Origin: a virus
Lineage: Duplodnaviria > Caudoviricetes
Virus record (IMG/VR): IMGVR_UViG_3300030397_000335
Location: 1 to 57,624 of that record
Strand: one strand, 5' to 3'
DNA length: 57,624 nt
Of the stretch, positions 36,831-45,011 are shown piece after piece. The notes beneath the pieces are model-generated. The model saw only the letters and a list, made by a program, of their open reading frames with translations. It was not told the origin of the DNA and ran no database searches. Position 1 is the stretch's first letter. The number at the start of each line of letters is the position of its first letter. Both the position numbers and the translations under genes were made by a program.

Positions 36831-37064
36831 CTAATCCTGAGGCATTGTTGGAGAAAATAATACCCTTTTAAATTGTGATTTGAGGTCTTCCAGGGCTTCT
36901 AGTTTACCTTTATGTTCTCCCGTAAATTCTTCACAGTCCATCCACTTCTGGATTTCTTCGTTCACCATTTCCAGCGCTGCGTCGGCAGCATATTGATAGC
37001 CAGTCACCCAACCATTAGCCGAACCAATCTGTCTGCCAATATTGATGAGCTTTTCGCCTTCCAT
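36831..37064 (-). CDS. Hypothetical protein (resembles 42646-42909)
   Basis: Start MEGEKL; GY...A...EM.....LE.LK pattern. Confidence 0.6.
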   Translation of the reverse strand: MEGEKLINIGRQIGSANGWVTGYQYAADAALEMVNEEIQKWMDCEEFTGEHKGKLEALEDLKSQFKRVLFSPTMPQD

Positions 37065-37121
37065 CGTCGAATCTCGTTTAATGGTTTTAGAATAAGAGGG
37101 GTGGTTTCTCAACTTGCGATT

Positions 37122-37361
37122 TCAATATGTGCTTGGCGCGTAATTCGAAATAGTAAACTCAGACACAGAACCTCGCAGCTTGACACGTTTTCCGCAGTCG
37201 ATACAGGCGCCGTATGTAGGTCTTTTTTTGACTCGGCTTGTATCTGTGTTTTCTTGTCCATGCCCCCAATTGGCTATGTAGTGAAGCACTAAACCATAGT
37301 CTTTCCACTCCAGGCCAGAATCTCCGCCGCAATGAGGACAACAATCATTTAAGTTTTGCAT
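37122..37361 (-). CDS. Zn-ribbon protein
   Basis: CPHCG...CIDCG. Confidence 0.7.
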   Translation of the reverse strand: MQNLNDCCPHCGGDSGLEWKDYGLVLHYIANWGHGQENTDTSRVKKRPTYGACIDCGKRVKLRGSVSEFTISNYAPSTY

Positions 37362-37387
37362 TTTATCTCAGTTCTAGGGGTGGTTTC

Positions 37388-37609
37388 TCAACTTACGGTT
37401 TCAGGTAGTATAACGTCGAATGCGTCACCTCCTGGGGTAGGGAAGACACATCCGCTTGAAGCCCACTCCCATCCATGCTCAACTCGTAGCCAGTAACCAC
37501 CCATCAAGGCACAAGCCTTCGTTCCAAGCGGGTAATCCTTCCACGGTCTATCGGCTTTCTGTTTGCGACTTTGTTCCTTGTGTCGTCTTGTCCAAAAATC
37601 ATCTTGCAT
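37388..37609 (-). CDS. Hypothetical protein
   Basis: 73 aa; SD GAGG; stop lies inside the repeat. Confidence 0.7.
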   Translation of the reverse strand: MQDDFWTRRHKEQSRKQKADRPWKDYPLGTKACALMGGYWLRVEHGWEWASSGCVFPTPGGDAFDVILPETVS

Positions 37610-37641
37610 AACTTTTCCTCTTTAGCTCCGGGGGTGGTTTC

Positions 37642-37887
37642 TCAATTGATAAAGATCAACTCTTCAGATAATGCAGCTTGTAAACTGCCGTCTTTGAGTT
37701 CACAGACCCAAAGCTCTGAATAGGTTTTATCATCAACTGGAAAGTTATCATCCATTAAGTCGATCACGGTTGCAATTTGGCCGCGTGCTTTCATGTCTTG
37801 CGGATCGTCTGAGTCAGGCCACGCATCGGGCTTGATTAAAACCATATTTGGGGCAACTATCAGCATAGTTCTTTTTGTTTTTCTCAC
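37642..37887 (-). CDS. Hypothetical protein
   Basis: 81 aa; stop lies inside the repeat. Confidence 0.65.
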   Translation of the reverse strand: MRKTKRTMLIVAPNMVLIKPDAWPDSDDPQDMKARGQIATVIDLMDDNFPVDDKTYSELWVCELKDGSLQAALSEELIFIN

Positions 37888-37902
37888 CTGTAGGGGCGGT
37901 TT

Positions 37903-38103
37903 CTACTGGTGTTCAAATCCTACCGACTTTCCACACTCAGCGATATAGAAACCGAGTTCATGGAGTTTTCTGAGCAGGTCGCTTGCTAGTTCCATCGGGT
38001 CTTCTAGTTCGTAGTCTTGTTCTTCGTTAACCTGGTGTAAGGCCGTGATTAAGGCACAGTCCTGTATATGATCGACGGGTGTGAATTGATCTGGTAATTC
38101 CAT
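37903..38103 (-). CDS. Hypothetical protein
   Basis: 66 aa; stop lies inside a repeat variant. Confidence 0.65.
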   Translation of the reverse strand: MELPDQFTPVDHIQDCALITALHQVNEEQDYELEDPMELASDLLRKLHELGFYIAECGKSVGFEHQ

Positions 38104-38142
38104 GTTAACTCCGCTTGCCCACCTCAGCGGGTGGGGTGATTT

Positions 38143-38346
38143 TTATGATACGATTCGTTCCTCGCCGACATTTACATAAGCGATTGTCGAAGCTGTTAAT
38201 GCCATAATGCAAAGCGAAGCAACAAACCATGTCCATCCTTTTGCTAGAGCAAAAAACATCATTACGAACCCACCAAAAAAAGCAACAGCACAACAGATGC
38301 TAATAACAGCCCGGAGCTTCTTGTTTGTTGGTTTCAACTCACCCAT
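38143..38346 (-). CDS. Two-TM membrane protein (paralog of 42915-43127)
   Basis: PTNKKL.A.I...C...AYVN. Confidence 0.7.
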   Translation of the reverse strand: MGELKPTNKKLRAVISICCAVAFFGGFVMMFFALAKGWTWFVASLCIMALTASTIAYVNVGEERIVS

Positions 38347-38347
38347 A

Positions 38348-38635
38348 TCACACCTCTTTTGGTTGGTTAATGAGCCTGTTCATCCATGCCCTAAATACCT
38401 TCTTCGATTCTCTTACAAGATCTCGATATGCTGCGTGCTTATTACTAAACTTTGTCAGTATCTCACGCTCGTCATTCAGTACCGCATAGGGATATCTATC
38501 ATCACTCCAATCACGTTCAATTCTTACGGGCAGCTCTTTAGAAGCATTAAGGGTGTCCCGTTCATCCTCAAGTCTTTCAATAAGCCTGTTTATTTCGTCG
38601 ATTCTTTCAATCGATTCTTGGATTCCCATATTCAA
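38348..38635 (-). CDS. Hypothetical coiled-coil protein
   Basis: 95 aa. Confidence 0.65.
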   Translation of the reverse strand: MNMGIQESIERIDEINRLIERLEDERDTLNASKELPVRIERDWSDDRYPYAVLNDEREILTKFSNKHAAYRDLVRESKKVFRAWMNRLINQPKEV

Positions 38636-38685
38636 CCCTCTATTGTTCGTGTACTACTATGTTCGCACCTTCTCTGGTTTGGGGG

Positions 38686-38874
38686 TTATTTTTTGAAAAA
38701 GGTCTTTGCTATATCTAGGGCTTGGTCAACCTTCTCTTGTTTTACCAGCCCACCAAATACTAAAAGCTCAAAGGCTTTTTTATAATGCCACAACTCTTCT
38801 TGAGCCTTGTGTAATGTGGCTTCACGATCAGTAAGTTTTTTTAAGCTTTCTGGCGTGCCGTCATTCATGCTCAT
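38686..38874 (-). CDS. Hypothetical protein
   Basis: 62 aa. Confidence 0.6.
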   Translation of the reverse strand: MSMNDGTPESLKKLTDREATLHKAQEELWHYKKAFELLVFGGLVKQEKVDQALDIAKTFFKK

Positions 38875-38892
38875 ACCTACAACCCCAATCGT

Positions 38893-39117
38893 TTAGTTGT
38901 CGTTTTCTATTAGTGACTGCTCATGCACAGTGGCACTGTCAATCCATGCATTCTTGTAGTCGTTTGAAAAATCTTCATGCACTACCTCAGTGTCGAGATA
39001 TTCGGCAACATGCTTGCCCTTAATAGCTCTTGCTTTCTTCTCTGCTTCCTCGTTTGAGTCGGCATCTATCTCAAGATCAAACTCAACCGTGCATGATACC
39101 AGTACTTTGTATCTCAT
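38893..39117 (-). CDS. Hypothetical protein (DpnD/PcfM-like pattern)
   Basis: YKV.V...V...EIDADSNEEAEKKA. Confidence 0.6.
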   Translation of the reverse strand: MRYKVLVSCTVEFDLEIDADSNEEAEKKARAIKGKHVAEYLDTEVVHEDFSNDYKNAWIDSATVHEQSLIENDN

Positions 39118-39175
39118 TGTCTTTCTGGTTTAAAATCGCTCAACACCTCATAAGTGTTATTCTAAGGTGTAGGAT

Positions 39176-39835
39176 TTACTCGTATTTGACGTGAGAAAGA
39201 TTAGCTTCTACGGATATAAGTCTAAGATTTGCATTCTTCTTGTGATATCTACTCCATTCGTCAGCGAGCAACTTATCGCTAAACTCTCTACCATAGCTAT
39301 TGTCTTCCGTACCCTTGATGCCAATGTCGCTAAAGCCTATCTCTTTGGAATCCATCCATCTAGACACAAGCATATGGAATGTATCTGGCGGTACATGGTC
39401 AACGTGAGAATTCTTTTCATCAAGTTTTGCTTTTGTATATGGACATATTGGGTCACCTGATAAAACCATGCGCTTAAACTCGATTATTTGCCACTTGACA
39501 ATACTTCGCATCGCAGCCAATACGTCAGACCGATGCGAAGACCCATCTATGCAAGTATGCCAACTAAAATCAGTTGAGCTATTATCTACACGATGAACAA
39601 CAAAATGGCGTGTCCTTTTCCATTCTGAGTCTAACTCGACAGTAAAAAAGTCTATACCTGCACCAATCTTTGATTCAGATTCAGGATGCTTGCTCAATAG
39701 GTCTACTAAAAAGCTGTGGTCAGGCTCGCTAATAGGCTCAAACTCGTTAACACTTTCTATAATATCCCTCACATACTGCTTAGCGGCCTTTTTTGTAGGG
39801 AACTCATAATCCCCAATAGTCACTGGTTTTGCCAT
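39176..39835 (-). CDS. DCL/DUF3223-like domain fused to an HNH-like region
   Basis: FPTKKAA, HPE...KIG.GI, F...R.D.S..DFS...C; HVDH..P...NL. Confidence 0.7.
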   Translation of the reverse strand: MAKPVTIGDYEFPTKKAAKQYVRDIIESVNEFEPISEPDHSFLVDLLSKHPESESKIGAGIDFFTVELDSEWKRTRHFVVHRVDNSSTDFSWHTCIDGSSHRSDVLAAMRSIVKWQIIEFKRMVLSGDPICPYTKAKLDEKNSHVDHVPPDTFHMLVSRWMDSKEIGFSDIGIKGTEDNSYGREFSDKLLADEWSRYHKKNANLRLISVEANLSHVKYE

Positions 39836-39839
39836 AATT

Positions 39840-40799
39840 CTATATCCGTATATAATCCACACCCGAATCAGCGAGCTTGTCCCGCTGGTGGCTGTAGACC
39901 GTTGTTGTTTGTAAGCTGCTATGACGCAGCACGGTCTTTACCTTGAGCACATCAGCGCCGCCATCGAGCATTAGCATGGCCGACGTGTGACGCAGCGTAT
40001 GTGCTCCAATTTCGCTTTGCAGCCCCGCCTTCATTACCAGGCGCTTGATAAGCCTGTAGACTGCATCGGGGCTAATCGGCTTATCCCTGTTGAAGTTCGA
40101 GAACGACAGAAACAGCGGCCCCGATGCTATCCCGTATTCCGCCTTGTGCTGCTCGATAGCCTGAATCAGATGCGCTGGCACCTTCACGCTCTGTCCCTCA
40201 CCGCCTTTCGTGTACGGCAGCATCAACACGTTATAAGCGCCCTGCATCGTGAAATGCTCACAGCACACAGCAGCAAGCTCGGATCGCCTAAGCCCCAAAT
40301 ATACCAGCATCTTCACAATCAGCTCGTCGCGGGTGTGCTCGCAGCAATCCAGCATCGCCCGCACCTGATCTTTCGACAGAAACACAACCGACGCCTCACC
40401 CTTATTCACCTTGATCTGCTGCACATCACCGTCGAAAGGGTTTTCATCGGCGCTGATTAGCTTTTTCTTTCTAAGCCAGGTGTAGAAGCCACGAATAGCG
40501 CTCATCTTCTGCGCTTTCGTGTTCTGGCTTGATGGCTCCCCCCTGTGGTTCGTTAGCTTGTTGAAATAGTCATTGACCATCTCATCAGACACGCCTATGG
40601 CCGCGCTTACATCAACCTTTTCAGTACCGAAGAAATGAACCAGCGCGTTGTAATAGGCAGAGTACGTGTTAGGCTTCTTTCTGTAGCGAACAAGGAACGC
40701 AGCAATCAAGTCACTCGACTGGTTCAGGTACTCCCGTTGTGACTGCTGTGCTGATGTTCGCCGCTGGATAGCTGTGTTATGCTGCTGGAGGTTGTTCAT
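39840..40799 (-). CDS. Second tyrosine recombinase (XerC/D-like, no arm domain)
   Basis: GLRRSE, TKGG, HTLRHT, LRHSS..TT..Y. Confidence 0.92.
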   Translation of the reverse strand: MNNLQQHNTAIQRRTSAQQSQREYLNQSSDLIAAFLVRYRKKPNTYSAYYNALVHFFGTEKVDVSAAIGVSDEMVNDYFNKLTNHRGEPSSQNTKAQKMSAIRGFYTWLRKKKLISADENPFDGDVQQIKVNKGEASVVFLSKDQVRAMLDCCEHTRDELIVKMLVYLGLRRSELAAVCCEHFTMQGAYNVLMLPYTKGGEGQSVKVPAHLIQAIEQHKAEYGIASGPLFLSFSNFNRDKPISPDAVYRLIKRLVMKAGLQSEIGAHTLRHTSAMLMLDGGADVLKVKTVLRHSSLQTTTVYSHQRDKLADSGVDYIRI

Positions 40800-40858
40800 T
40801 GGGATTTGGTGCGTTTCGACTTGATTTCTAGCTCCCGATACCTTTCACGTATCGGTAG

Positions 40859-41173
40859 TTATGATGTATGTCTTTTCGGCGTAATAAACTCCACACCCTT
40901 TGCTGTTAATCCGCGAAAGATGCAGCGGCCCGTCTCACTGTCCAGATCAATCACGCCGTACTCGATTTTAGAATAGCACCGGCTTAAGCGATCAGTAACA
41001 CGCTCCCACCACTCAGGATTAGACTCAGCGAGTTCAGGAATCCGCTTGTAGTATTTGCGGGTGCTGATCTTGCCCTCAGGCGCTATCATGGTTTGATACG
41101 GCCTAAGCACATGGCGCAGCACGAAATCTCTGTACTGGTCATTTCTTAGCGTTTGTCCACCTTTGTAGCTCAT
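40859..41173 (-). CDS. Hypothetical protein
   Basis: 104 aa; SD GGAGG. Confidence 0.7.
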   Translation of the reverse strand: MSYKGGQTLRNDQYRDFVLRHVLRPYQTMIAPEGKISTRKYYKRIPELAESNPEWWERVTDRLSRCYSKIEYGVIDLDSETGRCIFRGLTAKGVEFITPKRHTS

Positions 41174-41199
41174 ACCTTCAAACCTCCTTATGGTGTTGG

Positions 41200-41430
41200 T
41201 TAATTCCTGCTATACATTTCAAACTCAACATGCTGCTTTATCGTCTTTTCTTTTGATTCCACACCTTTTCCAGTCTGCATTACAATCACGTTTCCATAAT
41301 CCCTAAGATGCACACCTTTTCCTGTCTGAATGGATAATGCAACATCCCCATTGTCTCTACGAGTCAGGGTAACACCTGTAATTAGTCCATCTACAAGGCG
41401 GTGAAGTTCGTTATTCTCTGAGCTTGCCAT
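41200..41430 (-). CDS. Hypothetical protein
   Basis: 76 aa; same 17-nt start context GGAGGTTTGAAGGTATG as the 41173 gene. Confidence 0.7.
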   Translation of the reverse strand: MASSENNELHRLVDGLITGVTLTRRDNGDVALSIQTGKGVHLRDYGNVIVMQTGKGVESKEKTIKQHVEFEMYSRN

Positions 41431-41484
41431 ACCTTCAAACCTCCATTAGTTATCCCCGCCCGTGGGATGGGGGTTGGTTATTAG

Positions 41485-42708
41485 AACTTTTAGCCTCCCG
41501 TTACATACAATGAACATATGGTCGTGGCTGGCTACAAATACCGATTTTACCCTTCTCCGAGTCAGGAAAAGTCCCTTCTCCAAACATTTGGATGTGTCCG
41601 ATTTGTATACAACAAAGCTCTTGAGACGAGAAAAAGGCATTTCGAAGAAACGGGAGAAGGAATCTCTTACAATCAAAGCTCTGCGCTTCTGACGGGCTGG
41701 AAAAAAGAAGAACCATACAAGTGGCTTAATGAGGTGTCTTGTATCCCACTTCAACAATGCCTTCGCCACCTGCAAACAGCTTATCGAAACTTCTTTGAGA
41801 AGCGTAGTGGCTACCCCAATTTTAAAAACCGACGCTATAAGCAAAGCGCTGAGTTCACTAAATCGGGGTTTCGTCTTAAAGGAGATATGAGCCAGCCACT
41901 CGTGTATCTCTCTAAACAGGCGAGGCCCCTCAAAATCCGCTGGAGCCGCCCTCTTCCAGGCGAAGTATCTAGTATCACAATTACAAAAGACTCTGCCAAT
42001 AGATACTTCGTCGTCTTTAAAGTTAAGTTTATTCCCCAATCCTATAAGCCGAGAACCAAAGCTGTAGGATTGGATTTGGGACTTGCTCATGCCGTCATAA
42101 CATCTGACGGTGTTAAATACGACAATCCCAAATGCTTCAAAAAAGAGTTGAGTAGACTGAAAAAGGAACAAAAAAAGCTTTCTCGCAAGACAATTGGTTC
42201 TCAGAACCAAAAAAAACAGCGCGTCAAAGTTGCACGCATTCACGCGAAAATAAAAGATCAGCGACAAGATTGGATACATAAAGTCACGACACAACTTGTT
42301 CAAGAGTATGGTACCATTTGTATAGAGACGCTTAAGGTTTCTAACATGATGAAAAACCGTAGGCTTTCCCGTGCTATCGCCGACGTGTCGTGGTATGAGA
42401 TTCGCCGACAACTGGAGTACAAAACAAAATGGTACAATGGAAAAGTTGTTGCTATAGATCAGTGGACCCCAACAAGTAAAACTTGTAGTGAATGCGGGAC
42501 GATTAGGGGCGATATTCCACTTCAGGTTCGGGGATGGGCTTGTGAATGCGGTGCTGTACATGATCGTGATATTAATGCTGCTCGTAATGTTTTAAGGGTA
42601 GGAACTACCCAGCTAGCCTCTGGAGAGACTATAATTCCTGATCAGTTAGCTGCTTAGGTTCGTCTCTGTGAATGAGGAATCACTGCTATTTTCAGCAGAG
42701 AAGTTCAA
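41485..42708 (+). mobile_element. IS200/IS605-family TnpB-only element (IS1341-like)
   Basis: Right end has hairpin CTGCT/AGCAG then TTCAA (42704-42708); left junction follows TTAT/TTAG; removing the element restores an ORF. Confidence 0.8.
41518..42657 (+). CDS. tnpB: RNA-guided endonuclease TnpB
   Basis: YKYRFYP, FGCVRFVYN, GLDLG (D), IETL (E), Zn ribbon CSECG/CECG, HDRDINAARN (D). Confidence 0.96.
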   Translation: MVVAGYKYRFYPSPSQEKSLLQTFGCVRFVYNKALETRKRHFEETGEGISYNQSSALLTGWKKEEPYKWLNEVSCIPLQQCLRHLQTAYRNFFEKRSGYPNFKNRRYKQSAEFTKSGFRLKGDMSQPLVYLSKQARPLKIRWSRPLPGEVSSITITKDSANRYFVVFKVKFIPQSYKPRTKAVGLDLGLAHAVITSDGVKYDNPKCFKKELSRLKKEQKKLSRKTIGSQNQKKQRVKVARIHAKIKDQRQDWIHKVTTQLVQEYGTICIETLKVSNMMKNRRLSRAIADVSWYEIRRQLEYKTKWYNGKVVAIDQWTPTSKTCSECGTIRGDIPLQVRGWACECGAVHDRDINAARNVLRVGTTQLASGETIIPDQLAA

Positions 42709-42909
42709 TCTGGTTTTGAGTTCTTCGAGTACGCTTATTTGCGTGGAGTAAATGATTGACATTTTCTCAGTCAAATTTTCTACAGGATCTACGTAAAGAA
42801 TTTTGTTTGCATCGTCTATCATCTCCTCAACCTCCGCCAGCCACTCGGCATCCCTAGCTTCATATCCGCTTACAAATGCCTGCAATCCTGTCTGCTTCTT
42901 TTCAGTCAT
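42646..42909 (-). CDS. Hypothetical protein with its C-terminus replaced by IS sequence
   Basis: Native to ...EELKTR; the last 20 aa are encoded by the IS right end. Confidence 0.7.
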   Translation of the reverse strand: MTEKKQTGLQAFVSGYEARDAEWLAEVEEMIDDANKILYVDPVENLTEKMSIIYSTQISVLEELKTRLNFSAENSSDSSFTETNLSS

Positions 42910-42914
42910 AATCC

Positions 42915-43127
42915 CTACCTCTTATCCCCGGCCTGCGGGGGTTGGTTAGTGTCCGTGTTAACGTAGGCCAGTATGCTCCCGCCTATCATGCCGCATGCAA
43001 AAGAAAGCCCACCAAACAACCAGCTTCCCTGAACATTTGCAGCAATCAGAAAGACAAACGCTGCAAACAGAAAGCCACCGCACCATACATTGATAGCAGC
43101 TATCAGCTTCTTGTTAGTTGGCCTCAT
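42915..43127 (-). CDS. Two-TM membrane protein (paralog of 38143-38346)
   Basis: Start MRPTNKKL at 43127. Confidence 0.7.
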   Translation of the reverse strand: MRPTNKKLIAAINVWCGGFLFAAFVFLIAANVQGSWLFGGLSFACGMIGGSILAYVNTDTNQPPQAGDKR

Positions 43128-43264
43128 CGCCACCACCCCGCCCACAGGCTCATCACGGCTTCCTCGTTGGCGGCTGCTACGGTCACTGCCATAAGTAGCA
43201 ACCAGAAGGCGAATACCAGTAGTTGTTGTAGTTTCTGTTTCATTGTGCTGGGGTTGTTGCTGGG

Positions 43265-43492
43265 TTATGCTGTAAGCTCTTTTCTGCGTTCCATAATGGC
43301 ATTTAAGACATACTCACTGCCTTCATTCTTCGGATTAGCTAGGCATCGCAAAATCCACTTAGCCGCCGCTACCCGCTCAGACTCATTCCAGATCACAAGC
43401 TCATATTTCTCGTAATCATTCATGCCCCCCACGCCTAGTATCATGTCTTCTGCCCACTTCGCAATGTCAAGTACTTCAGTATCAGGCATCAC
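43265..43492 (-). CDS. Hypothetical protein
   Basis: 75 aa; SD GGAGG. Confidence 0.65.
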   Translation of the reverse strand: MMPDTEVLDIAKWAEDMILGVGGMNDYEKYELVIWNESERVAAAKWILRCLANPKNEGSEYVLNAIMERRKELTA

Positions 43493-43725
43493 ACCACCTC
43501 CCTAAGTCTCGGAACCACAAACCGCCTTTGATTCGCGTTCCAGGTTAAAAGTATTGTTTCATCTAGCTCCCACCACATATCGCCGCTCTCATCCTCATAC
43601 TGCACCAGCAATCCCGCTATAGCCATCTTCAACAAGTCCAACCGCTTGATGCCGCGCCCCTCCCATGCGGCCCTGTACAGCCGCTCTTCGATTTCCGTTG
43701 GCGTTGGCTGGGGCGGGTTGGTCAT
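43489..43725 (-). CDS. Hypothetical protein
   Basis: 78 aa; ATGA overlap. Confidence 0.65.
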   Translation of the reverse strand: MTNPPQPTPTEIEERLYRAAWEGRGIKRLDLLKMAIAGLLVQYEDESGDMWWELDETILLTWNANQRRFVVPRLREVV

Positions 43726-44138
43726 TGCTCCGCTACCTCTGCTTCAACTTTCTTCTTGGCCTTCTTGTATTCAGTGCGGAAAATGCTGTAACCGGCCCAC
43801 CAGAAAAGCCACATAACGAATCCAAACCACCACCCCTTTAAGACATAGACCACCACCACGAAAAGGAAGGACAACCGCCAAACATACCTTTTAAGGTCGC
43901 CAGCAAACATCTTTTGCTTGTTTCGGGCAAGGTCCTTTAGCTTCTCCTGAAAATCCTCATCATCACTGTTCATTGCAAAGATTATCAGTAATACAATACC
44001 TATCAGACCGTACACCAACGCAATAACGTTCAGGACATTAGAAAAGCCTGAAAACTTCAGTAATTCAGGTCTGTACGCTGTCACATAAACCATAACAGCA
44101 AACAAGGGCATTGACCACCAAGTGAATAAGTATTTCAT
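43722..44138 (-). CDS. Multi-pass membrane protein
   Basis: About 4 TM segments. Confidence 0.75.
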   Translation of the reverse strand: MKYLFTWWSMPLFAVMVYVTAYRPELLKFSGFSNVLNVIALVYGLIGIVLLIIFAMNSDDEDFQEKLKDLARNKQKMFAGDLKRYVWRLSFLFVVVVYVLKGWWFGFVMWLFWWAGYSIFRTEYKKAKKKVEAEVAEQ

Positions 44139-44419
44139 TGCCCCTCCCCTTTCGGTGTTTTGATTTTGGTTTCTATGAGCACCTTCTTTTCAGCCTCATA
44201 TCCAAGACACTGAAGCACAGCAACCAATATCTGCGGATAGTCTTCCGTCGTCAGTGCAAGATGCAGCGTTGCCCTTGTCCTGTTGATGCATTCGCAAATC
44301 TTAGCCTGCTTAAGACCAGATTCCTTAATCAGTCTTCTGATCGTTTTCTGTGCTAATGTAATGTCCATTGTGCCTAGCTCTTCTTTGGCTATCACCAGAG
44401 GATCTTTCTTTTCGCTCAT
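44135..44419 (-). CDS. XRE-like HTH regulator heading the accessory operon
   Basis: IRRLIKESGLKQAKICECINRTRATL. Confidence 0.7.
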   Translation of the reverse strand: MSEKKDPLVIAKEELGTMDITLAQKTIRRLIKESGLKQAKICECINRTRATLHLALTTEDYPQILVAVLQCLGYEAEKKVLIETKIKTPKGEGQ

Positions 44420-44447
44420 ATCCGATACTCATGAATTATGCAGTTTT

Positions 44448-44490
44448 AATATACAATACCTCGATACATTTGTCAAGTCATAGCTTGACA
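44448..44490 (-). promoter_or_regulatory. Sigma70-like promoter with overlapping palindrome
   Basis: TTGACA-17-TATATT on the minus strand; TGTCAAG-6-CTTGACA at 44471-44490. Confidence 0.7.
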
Positions 44491-44589
44491 TTTTATACAC
44501 TAAACGACTTGACACACCGGAGTGAAGACAAATGAAGAAACCCACCCCCTGCAACAAGGAGTGGGCTAGTTTCTACGGGCAGAGAGAGA

Positions 44590-44814
44590 CTACAGTGTGT
44601 AAGACGCGTCCAGCAAATTGCCTTCTGAATCTGTATACCAATACTCTCCATTACCATTCCACCAGATGTAATATGAAGTAGTGTCACTGCCTGCGGGTAT
44701 TTCCATTGCAACAGGCACCTCATCAGCTATAGGCTTAATTTGCTCCTGCTGCATTAGCCGCCCCACCAGCGGCAACCCAGCCAGCAGCCCTAAGAATTGT
44801 CTACGTGTTTTCAT
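44590..44814 (-). CDS. Small protein with a twin-arginine-like N-terminus
   Basis: MKTRRQFLGLLAGLPLVG; ATGA overlap gives start 44814. Confidence 0.65.
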   Translation of the reverse strand: MKTRRQFLGLLAGLPLVGRLMQQEQIKPIADEVPVAMEIPAGSDTTSYYIWWNGNGEYWYTDSEGNLLDASYTL

Positions 44815-45011
44815 AATGTGCCCGTTCTTTTTAATCTTTCCATAGCCCATCCCATCTGCCAAGCATTTGCTTTCTTGGCCCAATCATCAATAGTCTCCCC
44901 TGTTGATGCTGGCATGTTCTCGATTAGATAGTACGGATTCCTGCCCGACTTATTCAGTCCAATAGCAAAAGAATTAGCGCCTTGTCTCTGTATTTCATCT
45001 AGTGTTTTCAT
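44811..45011 (-). CDS. Rmf/CrpP-related small protein
   Basis: IQRQGA...NPY...MP..TGE....W..K..AW..GW. Confidence 0.6.
   Translation of the reverse strand: MKTLDEIQRQGANSFAIGLNKSGRNPYYLIENMPASTGETIDDWAKKANAWQMGWAMERLKRTGTL

Larger units (their letters stand above)
37097..38145. repeat. Short repeat at gene ends delimiting one-gene units
   Basis: GGGGTGGTTTCTCAA at 37098, 37377, 37631; variants at 37893 and 38133; spacing 240-279 bp. Confidence 0.8.

Noticed and set aside
37097-38145. Possible CRISPR array
   Set aside because: Repeats are only 13-19 bp, the spacers are ~250 bp whole genes, and there are no cas genes.
41446-42561. 371-aa ORF antisense to tnpB
   Set aside because: Shadow frame of tnpB; only its last ~11 codons are the orphaned tail of the interrupted gene.
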